A stretch of 64,000 bases of DNA, taken from the NCBI GenBank assembly GCA_944387495.1, contig CALXFD010000001.1, forward strand, positions 22,025 to 86,024, in the 5' to 3' direction. A model generated the notes under the pieces. It was not told the DNA's origin and did no database searches. It worked only from the letters and a program-made list of their open reading frames with translations. Position numbers and translations under genes: made by a program. Source of the stretch: an uncultured Clostridia bacterium. Lineage in GTDB: Bacteria; Bacillota; Clostridia; TANB77; CAG-508. Below, one piece after another: positions 39,924-49,004 of this stretch (positions are counted from its first letter, which is position 1; each line of letters opens with the position of its first letter).

Positions 39924-42830
39924 TTATTTTACATCTTTAAATTGTTTATTCTTTTTATATAATATAACAGCTATTATACTTAATAAAATAATTATAAAAG
40001 GAATTATTTTTCTTATTCCTGCATTTGGCAAAATATTTTTGCTTACACTATTATCTATTTTTTCTGAATTTATATTTTGATTTGTATTATCTGATTGTGT
40101 TTCTTCACTAGTTCTAGCTATAATTTTAACTTCAAATGTTGCTATTTTTCCTTCATATTCTACTTTTAATGTATTTGTTCCTATTGTAGTATTATTAAAT
40201 CCTGTTACTTTTACATTTTCATTTGTTAGGCTTATTGTATCTGTTGTTTCGTCATTATATGTTACTGTTATTATTCCTCCTGTTAAATCTATATCCTCAT
40301 AATTTTGTATGTAGCTAATTTTAGTTGGTAATGTCGTTACTTCTATACTGCTTATTTGTTTTGATATTATATCTACTTGAAATGTAGTTGTTATTCCTTC
40401 ATACTCTACTGATAATGTATTTTTTCCTATTTTGCTGTTATCAAATCCTGTTACTTTTACATTTTCATTTGTTAAACTTATTGTATCTGTTGTTTCATCA
40501 TTATATGTTATTGTTAATATTCCGCCTACTAAATCTAAATTTTCATAATTTTGTATATAGTTTGTTTTAGTTGGTAGTGTTGTTACTTCTATTCTACTTA
40601 CTTGTTTTGATATTATATTCACATCAAATGTAGTTGTTATTCCTTCATACTCTACTGATAATGTGTTTTTTCCTATTTTACTATTATCAAATCCTATTAC
40701 TTTTACATTTTCATTTGTTAAGCTTATTGTATCTGTTGTGTTATCGTTATATGTTATTGTTAGTATTCCACCTACTAAATCTAAGTTTTCATAATTTTGT
40801 ATATAGTTTGTTTTAGTTGGTAATGTTGTTACTTCTGTTTTTGTTATATTTTTCTCTCTTTCTGTCGCATATGCCATTGAAGGTCTAAGTACTGCATAAT
40901 AATCTTTTCCAAGTAATGTTCTTAAATCTGTAAATTCATTTGTTATATTTTTCAAATTTCCTTTTTCATCGATTCCTATAAATCCTGCCATTTCTTTTCC
41001 ATCAACTGTTATTTTATCTGATTCACTAATATATATCAAATAATAAATTCCATCTTCTGTTTCATATGTTACATTTTCATTTGCTGTTTGGGTATTTTTA
41101 TAAACTAAGACATCTCCTGTTTGGAAATTTTCTTTATAAATATTATCCGCTCTACTGCTTCTTCCTCTTTCTTTTGGTACTGTATTTTCCCAAAATTTTA
41201 AATAGACTTCATTTGAAGTATTTGTATATAAAGCTCCCCAATAATTACTTACTACTAAATTATAGAATTTATTTTTTTCATTTAAATAAGCTGTTGGTCT
41301 TAGACTATTTCCTTCTGGATAATATTGTGTTCCAGCTCTCGTTACTATCAAGTCTGTTATGTCTAAATCTTTAAGTTCAAGAATAATTCCTAGGTCTTTG
41401 TTATATATATTAGAAATTAATTCTTGTCCTTTATAAGTTTTTGAATTTAATAAATTTTCTGTTTGTGACTTAATCTTATTTTTTTCAGTGTCATTAAGAT
41501 TACTAGAAATAGTATTTTTTAATGTTGCTGATGGTATATTTGCAACTGTCCCTGTTGAAACAATCTCTTTTCCTATATCATTCAAATTATTCTTTACTTT
41601 TACTGTATACTTTATTTCTTTTGTTTTTCCTGGTTCTAAATTAGATATTGTCCAGGTAATTGTATTGTTATCTACTTTTCCATTATTTGCGTCTTTAATC
41701 TCTACATACTCAGAAATATTTTCTACTACATTAAAATCTTTATATGTTTCTTTACTATTATTAACAATTTTTATTGTATATTCCAAAGAATCATTTAGCC
41801 CTACAACAGAATTATTAAAAACATCTACTGTTTTTTCAATATCTATTGAACTATATTCAATTCTGCTTAAAGATTCTTCTGAAATTTCGTAATCTTTTAA
41901 AGTTCTTCCTGTACATATATATGAAGTATTTGCACTTGCATCACTTTTAAATTCTGTATCATAATATTTTCCTGTATATTCTCCATTTTCATCTTTAAGT
42001 AAAGGTCTTAAAATTGCAAAATAAGATGTATTTCTCATATTGTATAATAGTGAAGTTCTTGTTTTATCACTTGATATTTGATATGTATTTGCCAAATATA
42101 GTTCTCTAAATGTGCCTTCTGTAATTCCTGTATTTTCATTTGGTATTTCTCCATAACTTAATCCTTTTGTGATTTTTGTGGTTTTCATTTCATATTGAGA
42201 GTTTGATTCACGTATAATGGCATCTATTGGGTTTCCATCAGAATCATATATTATATCATATACAAGTAATGCATGTCCTGCTGAGCCTGTATGATAGCAA
42301 ATAATGTCCCCTACTTGTAAATCATATTCTGTTAAAAGTTGTTTGGCATAATTAGCTCTTCCTTCTGTTGTTGATAAATCTATATTTTTTTGATTGTTTT
42401 TATTGTCATAATATACTGTTTTTCCAGCATCATCTTTAGTTTTTTGCCAGTATTCTATAATATCATTTGTTTTTATGTTATCTTTGTCATAATACTTTTC
42501 TGCATATGCTATTATTTTATGTGTTATTTCTGGAAGTTGTATTCCAAATGATTGATAATATACTGAATATGTAAAATCACTACATACACTATAAATAGTG
42601 TTTTGATTAGTTGCTTGCTCAGGCGGATATAAAAATGACTTTCTATACTCACAGTACTGAGCAAATTTGCCTTTATTATAATAAGCATTTGCTACTTCTT
42701 GAATTGCTCTTTGTTCTGTTGTTGAACCAGTAGTAGCTGTACTATTTGCAATAGATTTTAATTTTACAGTAAAATTTACACTTATTATAAGTATTAAGAT
42801 TATTAAAAATTTTTTTATTATTTTTTTCAT
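39924..42830 (-). CDS. large cell-surface protein with sortase-type C-terminal anchor
   Basis: Signal peptide and three tandem repeats of about 82 aa. C-terminal LPNAG, hydrophobic helix and KKNK tail. Confidence 0.7.
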   Translation of the reverse strand: MKKIIKKFLIILILIISVNFTVKLKSIANSTATTGSTTEQRAIQEVANAYYNKGKFAQYCEYRKSFLYPPEQATNQNTIYSVCSDFTYSVYYQSFGIQLPEITHKIIAYAEKYYDKDNIKTNDIIEYWQKTKDDAGKTVYYDNKNNQKNIDLSTTEGRANYAKQLLTEYDLQVGDIICYHTGSAGHALLVYDIIYDSDGNPIDAIIRESNSQYEMKTTKITKGLSYGEIPNENTGITEGTFRELYLANTYQISSDKTRTSLLYNMRNTSYFAILRPLLKDENGEYTGKYYDTEFKSDASANTSYICTGRTLKDYEISEESLSRIEYSSIDIEKTVDVFNNSVVGLNDSLEYTIKIVNNSKETYKDFNVVENISEYVEIKDANNGKVDNNTITWTISNLEPGKTKEIKYTVKVKNNLNDIGKEIVSTGTVANIPSATLKNTISSNLNDTEKNKIKSQTENLLNSKTYKGQELISNIYNKDLGIILELKDLDITDLIVTRAGTQYYPEGNSLRPTAYLNEKNKFYNLVVSNYWGALYTNTSNEVYLKFWENTVPKERGRSSRADNIYKENFQTGDVLVYKNTQTANENVTYETEDGIYYLIYISESDKITVDGKEMAGFIGIDEKGNLKNITNEFTDLRTLLGKDYYAVLRPSMAYATEREKNITKTEVTTLPTKTNYIQNYENLDLVGGILTITYNDNTTDTISLTNENVKVIGFDNSKIGKNTLSVEYEGITTTFDVNIISKQVSRIEVTTLPTKTNYIQNYENLDLVGGILTITYNDETTDTISLTNENVKVTGFDNSKIGKNTLSVEYEGITTTFQVDIISKQISSIEVTTLPTKISYIQNYEDIDLTGGIITVTYNDETTDTISLTNENVKVTGFNNTTIGTNTLKVEYEGKIATFEVKIIARTSEETQSDNTNQNINSEKIDNSVSKNILPNAGIRKIIPFIIILLSIIAVILYKKNKQFKDVK
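40118..40840 (-). repeat. three tandem 246-bp coding repeats inside the surface protein gene
   Basis: Protein repeats EVTTLPTK(T/I)(N/S)YIQNYE...VEYEG. The antisense ORFs at 40388 and 40634 are near-identical and 246 nt apart. Confidence 0.9.
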
Positions 42831-42847
42831 TTGTCCCCCTTTATAAT

Positions 42848-42923
42848 TGGCTGGGGTAGTAGGATTCGAACCTACGAAATGTCGGAGTCAGAGTCCGATG
42901 CCTTACCGCTTGGCGATACCCCA
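42848..42923 (-). tRNA. tRNA-Gln (anticodon CUG), CCA end encoded
   Basis: Minus strand reads TGGGGTATCGCCAAGCGGTAAGGCA-TCGGA-CTCTGAC-TCCGA-...GGTTCGAATCC...CCCCAGCCA. It lies 17 nt upstream of the surface protein start. Confidence 0.85.
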
Positions 42924-43111
42924 ATTTACATGTTAATTATATATATTTTTTGTTTGTTTTACAAGTATTTTTATAAAAAATATTTTTCCAAAATTAGTAT
43001 TTCCTACTTATATATAAAAAGTTTAATTTTTTACATATTTCACTTGAATTTATTTTATTTTTAGTATACTATATAAAGAGATTATAAAGAGATTACATAG
43101 GAGGATTAATA

Positions 43112-44041
43112 ATGCCAAGAAAAACAAAAGAAATAGAAGAAATAAAAGAAGTAATTGCTGATACTAAAAATGACAAAAAAAATACTAGTAAAAAGACTAC
43201 CTCAAAGAGTAATACTTCAACCAAAAGCGCTACTAGTTCAAGTAAGTCTAAAAAAACAGCTACTAAAACTAATACAAAATCTAAAACTGCAAAAACAACT
43301 AGTGCTTCTAAGAAAACTGCAAAAGCAAGTAAAACTACAAAAAGTACTATTAAGAAGAAAACTACTACTAGTACTAAAAAAACAGTTTCAAAAAGAGCTA
43401 CTCGTGCTAATTCAAAAAAGGTTAATGTTGTAGAATATTATGATTTGCCTTATAGATATAATCAAACTGTTGTTAAAGTATTAGCTCAAACTCCTAATAA
43501 TCTATTTATTTATTGGGATATATCTGATAAAGATAGAGAAAAATATAAAAAACAATATGGAGATAACTTCTTTGAAACTACTAAACCAGTTTTAATTGTT
43601 CATAATGATACTTTAAATTATAGTTTTGAAGTAAATATTAATGATTTTGCTAATAGTTGGTATCTTCACATAAATGACGCAAAGTGTGATTATCGTATTG
43701 AGCTTGGTAGACGTCCTATTGTAAAAAATGAAGTTTATGAAAATGTTAATTATATACATGTTTCTACTTCAAATGAAATAGAATCGCCAAATGATCATAT
43801 ATTATTTGCTCAAACTGTTAAAAATAAGAGCGTTTCTTTTAGAAATGTTAAAACAGGTAATGAAACTATACGTAATATAAATATTTCTTCTCCTGATTTT
43901 AAAAATATGGGAGAATTGTATAATATTTACGAATTGTATAAAGCAATTTATCAAGATGAAAATATTGAAGAATTATATGACTTATCAAATCCTAGCTCTG
44001 GCAATCCTTCTTCTGGAAATTTTCGTTTAAATCATAGCTAA
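43112..44041 (+). CDS. DUF4912-like protein with K/T/S-rich N-terminal low-complexity region
   Basis: Upstream partner of a GH57 enzyme gene. The conserved C-terminal part starts around VVEYYDLPYRYNQT. Confidence 0.55.
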   Translation: MPRKTKEIEEIKEVIADTKNDKKNTSKKTTSKSNTSTKSATSSSKSKKTATKTNTKSKTAKTTSASKKTAKASKTTKSTIKKKTTTSTKKTVSKRATRANSKKVNVVEYYDLPYRYNQTVVKVLAQTPNNLFIYWDISDKDREKYKKQYGDNFFETTKPVLIVHNDTLNYSFEVNINDFANSWYLHINDAKCDYRIELGRRPIVKNEVYENVNYIHVSTSNEIESPNDHILFAQTVKNKSVSFRNVKTGNETIRNINISSPDFKNMGELYNIYELYKAIYQDENIEELYDLSNPSSGNPSSGNFRLNHS

Positions 44042-44150
44042 TAATATACATTTTAATAAAAATATTTTATATTTGAGGCACTACCCAAAAACTCAGTGAT
44101 GTGCCTTTTATATTTCATAATATAAGAAACAAGAAAAGGAGAAATATATA

Positions 44151-45737
44151 ATGCAAAAAAAGAAAGGATATGTAAGTTTTGTTCTTCATGCACATCTTCC
44201 ATTTATTCACCATCCAGAAAGTGATGATTATTTGGAGGAATCTTGGTTATATGAAGCAATTTCTGAAACATATATACCATTATTAACAAATTTTCAAAAA
44301 CTAGTTGATGAAGGAGTAAATTTTAGAATTACAATGTCTATGACTCCTCCACTGCTTTCAATGTTAGATAATAAATTATTACATAAAAAATATATTAATT
44401 ATTTAAATAAATTAATTGAATTATCAGAAAAAGAAATAAAAAGAACTGCTGGTGATAAAAGATTAAACGAGCTTTCACATTATTATTATGATAGATATTC
44501 TAATGATTTACATTTATTTAAAGATGTTTACAAATGTAATTTAATACAAGCTTTTAAACATTTCCAAGATATTGGAGTTTTAGAAATTATAACTTGTGGA
44601 GCTACACATGGTTATTTCCCTATTTTATATGTAAATGAAAAAACAGTAAAAGCTCAAATAGCAGTTGGTGTACAAACATATGAAAGATACTTTGGAAGAA
44701 AACCTCGTGGTATTTGGCTTCCTGAGTGTGGTTATGTTCCAGAAGCTGATAAGTATTTAAAAGAATTTGGAATTGAATATATTATAACAGAATCTCATGG
44801 TATTTTATATGCAGACCCTACACCACTTTATGGTACATTTGCTCCAATTGTTTCTCCGGAAGGAGTAGTTGCTTTTGGTAGAGATATTGAATCTTCAAGG
44901 CAGGTTTGGAGCTCTATTGACGGTTATCCAGGTGATTTTAATTATAGGGAATTTTATAGAGATATTGGATATGATGCTGATTATGACTATATAAAACCAT
45001 ATATTGCACATAATGGTGTTAGAGTTCATACAGGTATAAAATATTATAGAATAACTGGTAAAACTGAATTTAAAGATTATTATAATTTACAATGGGCAAA
45101 AGATTCTGCTGAAAGACAAGCAGGACATTTCTTAGATTGTAGAAATAAACAAATTGAAAATTTAGCACAATATACTGAAAATCCTCCAATTATATTATGC
45201 CCTTATGATGCTGAATTATATGGTCATTGGTGGTATGAAGGTCCTTATTGGTTATATATTTTATTTAAAAAGATTTATTATGATGATTGCAATTTTGAAT
45301 TAATAACACCTTCTGAATATATTGATAAATATCCAAATATGCAAGTAGCTTCTCCATGTAGGTCTAGCTGGGGTGCTAATGGATATAGTGAAGTATGGTT
45401 AAATCCTTCTAATGATTATGTACATAGACATTTACATGTAGCTGGTGATAGAATGTGTGAACTTGCACATTTATTTCCTAATGAAACTGGTTTAAAGAAA
45501 AAAGCTTTAAATCAATGTGCACGTGAATTACTATTAGCACAAAGTAGTGACTGGCTATTTATTATAACAAATGGTACTATGGTTGATTATGCTAAGAAAA
45601 GAATTAAAGACCATATTGGTAGATTCACTACTTTATATAATGATATTAAAAATGATACTATTGATGAGGATTTCTTAAATGACATTTATGAAAAAGATTG
45701 TGTATTCCCTGATATAGATTATATGATTTATTTTTAA
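44151..45737 (+). CDS. GH57 family glycoside hydrolase (1,4-alpha-glucan branching enzyme type, DUF1957)
   Basis: 528-aa ORF starting GYVSFVLHAHLPFIHHPE, with CGATHGYFP, WLPECGY and AQSSDW. Confidence 0.8.
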   Translation: MQKKKGYVSFVLHAHLPFIHHPESDDYLEESWLYEAISETYIPLLTNFQKLVDEGVNFRITMSMTPPLLSMLDNKLLHKKYINYLNKLIELSEKEIKRTAGDKRLNELSHYYYDRYSNDLHLFKDVYKCNLIQAFKHFQDIGVLEIITCGATHGYFPILYVNEKTVKAQIAVGVQTYERYFGRKPRGIWLPECGYVPEADKYLKEFGIEYIITESHGILYADPTPLYGTFAPIVSPEGVVAFGRDIESSRQVWSSIDGYPGDFNYREFYRDIGYDADYDYIKPYIAHNGVRVHTGIKYYRITGKTEFKDYYNLQWAKDSAERQAGHFLDCRNKQIENLAQYTENPPIILCPYDAELYGHWWYEGPYWLYILFKKIYYDDCNFELITPSEYIDKYPNMQVASPCRSSWGANGYSEVWLNPSNDYVHRHLHVAGDRMCELAHLFPNETGLKKKALNQCARELLLAQSSDWLFIITNGTMVDYAKKRIKDHIGRFTTLYNDIKNDTIDEDFLNDIYEKDCVFPDIDYMIYF

Positions 45738-45742
45738 AAGTC

Positions 45743-45789
45743 AGAAATACTAATTTAAGTTAAACTTAATTAGTATTTCTATTTTTTTA
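45743..45789 (+). terminator. Rho-independent terminator after the GH57 gene
   Basis: AGAAATACTAATTTAAG...CTTAATTAGTATTTCT followed by a T run. Confidence 0.75.
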
Positions 45790-45878
45790 TTTATCACTTT
45801 ATCTTATTTCTTTCATATTATAATGTATAAGTTTTTTAATTTTAGTAGATACTAATTTTATTAGAAAGGGGAATAGTG

Positions 45879-46757
45879 ATGAAATCTTTGTGTGTAAAAA
45901 CAAACAATTCCAGATTATTAGATTATCTACTTAATGAATTAAAATATATAGACCTTGATAATGTTTGTTTTTCAACTAATACTTTTAAACATTATAAAAA
46001 TGTAATTATTCATTACTATGGGCAAGATACAGAAAAATTTTTCTCTAAAATTAGTTATCTACTTTCATTTTTAGTAATTGACGAGCTAGAAGATTCATTT
46101 TTCAAATCTCTACTTTCTCAAAACTATTTTTATTTTGCTCATGATGAAAGAAGTAAGATTTTAAATATTTGTTATGATATTTTATCTGATGATTATTATA
46201 AATGGTTTGATAAAAAAATGAATTGTTTATATAACAGCTTTTACGAATTTATTTCTAGTAATAAATCTATTGTATTATCTGGGTTTATTAATTTTAGAAT
46301 TAAATCTTATTTTGAAATACTTGATGAAATTATCAATGAAGCTGTTAATTCTTATATAATTGAAAAAGAATACTTAGAATTCATTTCTTTATTAAAATTA
46401 TATGTAAATTCTCAAAGTGCTAATTGTGAAATCGTTCACCTTGTTTATACAACTCATGAAAGTATATTATTAGACAGCGAAAAAAATATTATAAATTGCT
46501 ATGATGATTTATTTAATGCTAAATATTTAAGTGATATCTCTTTTTCTTCTCACGATTATGCATTAAATACTTTACTTAATTTGTTACCTAAAAAAATTTA
46601 TATTCATTTAATTGACGGAATAAAAGATGAATTTATTAATACTTTACAATTAGTATTTGAAAAAAGAATTGAATTATGCATTGATTGTGATATATGTTCA
46701 CTTTACAAATCTAAAATTAAAAGTTTTGAAAACATCAATTCAAAAAAATTAAATTAG
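45879..46757 (+). CDS. YtxC-like sporulation protein (tentative)
   Basis: ORF of about 292 aa. Size and composition fit YtxC-like proteins. Weak call. Confidence 0.4.
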   Translation: MKSLCVKTNNSRLLDYLLNELKYIDLDNVCFSTNTFKHYKNVIIHYYGQDTEKFFSKISYLLSFLVIDELEDSFFKSLLSQNYFYFAHDERSKILNICYDILSDDYYKWFDKKMNCLYNSFYEFISSNKSIVLSGFINFRIKSYFEILDEIINEAVNSYIIEKEYLEFISLLKLYVNSQSANCEIVHLVYTTHESILLDSEKNIINCYDDLFNAKYLSDISFSSHDYALNTLLNLLPKKIYIHLIDGIKDEFINTLQLVFEKRIELCIDCDICSLYKSKIKSFENINSKKLN

Positions 46758-46858
46758 ATGATAGATAATTATATTCTCTAAAAAGTCAAAAATATAAACA
46801 CAAATTATTAAGTTTTGTAATTTAATAATCTGTGTTTATAAAACTTTTATTCCTTATA

Positions 46859-47608
46859 TTATCCTTCTATTGAGTCTAATGAATTTAATGAATTCATTGA
46901 ATCTTCTAATCCTGGTAATAATGACATCATTACATTTTCATCAAATTTAACTTTCCATTTTCCATCTTTTTTAACTGTTTCTATTGTAACTGTATTTGTA
47001 ACTGTTGAAACATCTTCTTTTCTTAATTCTTCTAAAAATTTATTTTGTGTTTCACTTTCACTTGTTTCTGTTCCTGCTAATGCATCTTTAACTACTATTT
47101 GCATATAATTTCCCATTATTGTTTTAAAATCTTTATTTGTTACTTCTAATTCCACTGTTGCAGTATCATTATCTTTATTTACTTTTAACACTTTCCAATC
47201 CATTTTATTAAACAATTCTATCATTACTTCTTGTGAAAAATCTTCTTCATTAATAGAAATATCCTCTGTTTCCGTATATTTATTTATTCCAGCAAAATCA
47301 CCATTCTTCAAGCAATTCAAAACTCCCTCTACTGACTTATCAGGTGTATCTGGCAATACTATTAAAGCTGTAACTGCTAATAAAAGCACAATAACTAATA
47401 TTATTCCTCCTACCCAATATCCAGCTTTACTTTTTTTCTTTGTATCTTGAAATTGTTTTGTATCATTTTTTTGTTTTTTCATTTCCTTTGGTTTTACTTG
47501 ACTAAATTTAGCATCATCCTTCTTTGTCTCTGTTTTTTCATTTTTCTTGTTATCAACTTTTTTATTGTCTATGTCTTGTTTCTCTAATTTTTTCTCATCT
47601 TTCTCCAT
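46859..47608 (-). CDS. hypothetical membrane-anchored protein with K/D-rich N-terminus
   Basis: 249-aa ORF with a single TM (YWVGGIILVIVLLLAVTALIV). Confidence 0.4.
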   Translation of the reverse strand: MEKDEKKLEKQDIDNKKVDNKKNEKTETKKDDAKFSQVKPKEMKKQKNDTKQFQDTKKKSKAGYWVGGIILVIVLLLAVTALIVLPDTPDKSVEGVLNCLKNGDFAGINKYTETEDISINEEDFSQEVMIELFNKMDWKVLKVNKDNDTATVELEVTNKDFKTIMGNYMQIVVKDALAGTETSESETQNKFLEELRKEDVSTVTNTVTIETVKKDGKWKVKFDENVMMSLLPGLEDSMNSLNSLDSIEG

Positions 47609-47720
47609 ACCTATCCCTCTTTCTTTTTAGATTTGTTTCTACATAGATTATATCTTAACATTCCATATTTTTCAACAATTTTTTCAAAAAAACTTTACTA
47701 TTATAAATATTTGTAGAGTA

Positions 47721-47887
47721 GTTCAAAAGGTTAATATATAAATATTTTTTTATTTCTAAATACTGCGTAAGCGACCAAACGAGCGACAGCGAGTGCGATT
47801 GGAGCAACCTACAATTTATTCTTTCAGAGGTTGCGACACACAAAGTATTTAGAAATAAAAAAATATTTATATATTAACCTTTCGAAC
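47721..47887 (-). repeat. Type B hairpin-enclosed GC-rich module, copy 2
   Basis: 44-bp arms (47721-47764 / 47844-47887) with one A/C opposition (47725/47883) that becomes G-U on the minus strand. The 79-nt core differs from copy 1 at 3 positions. Lies 27 nt after the gpr stop. Confidence 0.9.
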
Positions 47888-47914
47888 GGCCCATTATTTT
47901 TTAACTCAAACTTG

Positions 47915-48850
47915 CTAAACTGATAAATTAATCCCGCTTGCCACTATCTGTGTCATATTCTCAATCAACTCATCAATCTCCTTCGGAGTCACAATCAAAT
48001 TATAATCATTTGGAACCAAAGCCTCCTTTATCTCCTCATAATTATCCTCTTCTTTTAACTTATTCAAATAATCATTTGACTTTGCCTCATCTTGAAGCTT
48101 TGTAATAAACAAATCCAAACTATCATTCACCAAAACCGCAGTTTCCACAACAGTAGGTATTCCTATCGCAACAACAGGAACCCCCAAACTATTTTGGCTT
48201 ATTTCACTTCTTGTATTTCCCACACCAGCCCCTGGAACTATTCCTGTATCTGAAATTTGTACTGTACTACTTATCCTCTCGATGCTTCGTGAAGCCAATG
48301 CATCAATTACAATTAATAACTTAGGATTAATATTATCAACTATTCCCTTTAATATCTCAACTGTCTCAATACCAGTTGTTCCTAATACACCAGGAGATAT
48401 TGCGCTTACCATTCTTGTTCCCTCTTCTACATATTGTGGCAAATAATTTATAATATGTCTTGTTACTTCAATATCATTTATTACTTTTGGTCCTAAACTA
48501 TCTGGTGTTACATATATATTCCCAAGACCTACTACTAAAATTTCACCTTGCTTATCTATATGTGCATCTATTATCTTTTTTAATTCCTCAGATAAAACAT
48601 TTGAAGCTTTTTCTATTTCTTCATCTTGTGCTATTTTTAAATTTTTAACATCTATTGTTACATATGTTCCAATTGGTTTCCCTATTGCTTTTTCTCCTTC
48701 TTCATTAGTTATTTTCACTCTTTCTACCCTAAGATTATCATCTATTTGTTGTTCTTCACTCTCTACTCCATTTATTTCATTTTCAACTTGATTTGCTTTT
48801 TTATACAAATCTCTTCTTTCTGACGCTAAATCTGTTCTAAAATTGTACAT
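47915..48850 (-). CDS. gpr: GPR endopeptidase (spore germination protease)
   Basis: N-terminus MYNFRTDLASERRD, with the family pattern continuing through VVGLGN and DALASR. Confidence 0.9.
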   Translation of the reverse strand: MYNFRTDLASERRDLYKKANQVENEINGVESEEQQIDDNLRVERVKITNEEGEKAIGKPIGTYVTIDVKNLKIAQDEEIEKASNVLSEELKKIIDAHIDKQGEILVVGLGNIYVTPDSLGPKVINDIEVTRHIINYLPQYVEEGTRMVSAISPGVLGTTGIETVEILKGIVDNINPKLLIVIDALASRSIERISSTVQISDTGIVPGAGVGNTRSEISQNSLGVPVVAIGIPTVVETAVLVNDSLDLFITKLQDEAKSNDYLNKLKEEDNYEEIKEALVPNDYNLIVTPKEIDELIENMTQIVASGINLSV

Positions 48851-49004
48851 AAAAAAACCTCACTTTCTTTTTTATTTATTATTTACTTTTTTGTCCTTTT
48901 TATTATAAAGTTAGAAAAAAATATTTTTTTCTTGTAATAAAAAAAATCAATAATCTCAGAATTTAATTTTCCTCAACTATTGATTTTCTTATAATCCTAA
49001 TTAA

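Noticed and set aside
40118-40840. The regular 246-bp repeats as a possible CRISPR-like array
   Set aside because: The repeats are contiguous, in frame and translate into Ig-like protein modules of the surface protein. There are no spacers and no cas genes.
47655-47843. 62-aa minus-strand ORF overlapping element B2
   Set aside because: It is read straight through the arm and core of a repeat that also occurs at 9216-9382 without a matching ORF. It has no RBS.
2471-47887. Interpreting the hairpin-enclosed modules as MITEs or IS remnants
   Set aside because: There is no transposase anywhere in the window. I could see no target-site duplication. In type A the interior is conserved while the terminal repeats are unrelated between copies, the reverse of MITE behaviour. 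A mobile origin is not excluded for type B, whose whole length is about 90 percent conserved.
2471-47887. Interpreting the long inverted repeats as ordinary Rho-independent terminators
   Set aside because: None of the arm hairpins is followed by a U tract on either strand. B1 is followed by its own canonical terminator 12 nt later. Ordinary terminators in this window have 9-28-bp stems with small loops and no 80-120-nt GC-rich interiors.
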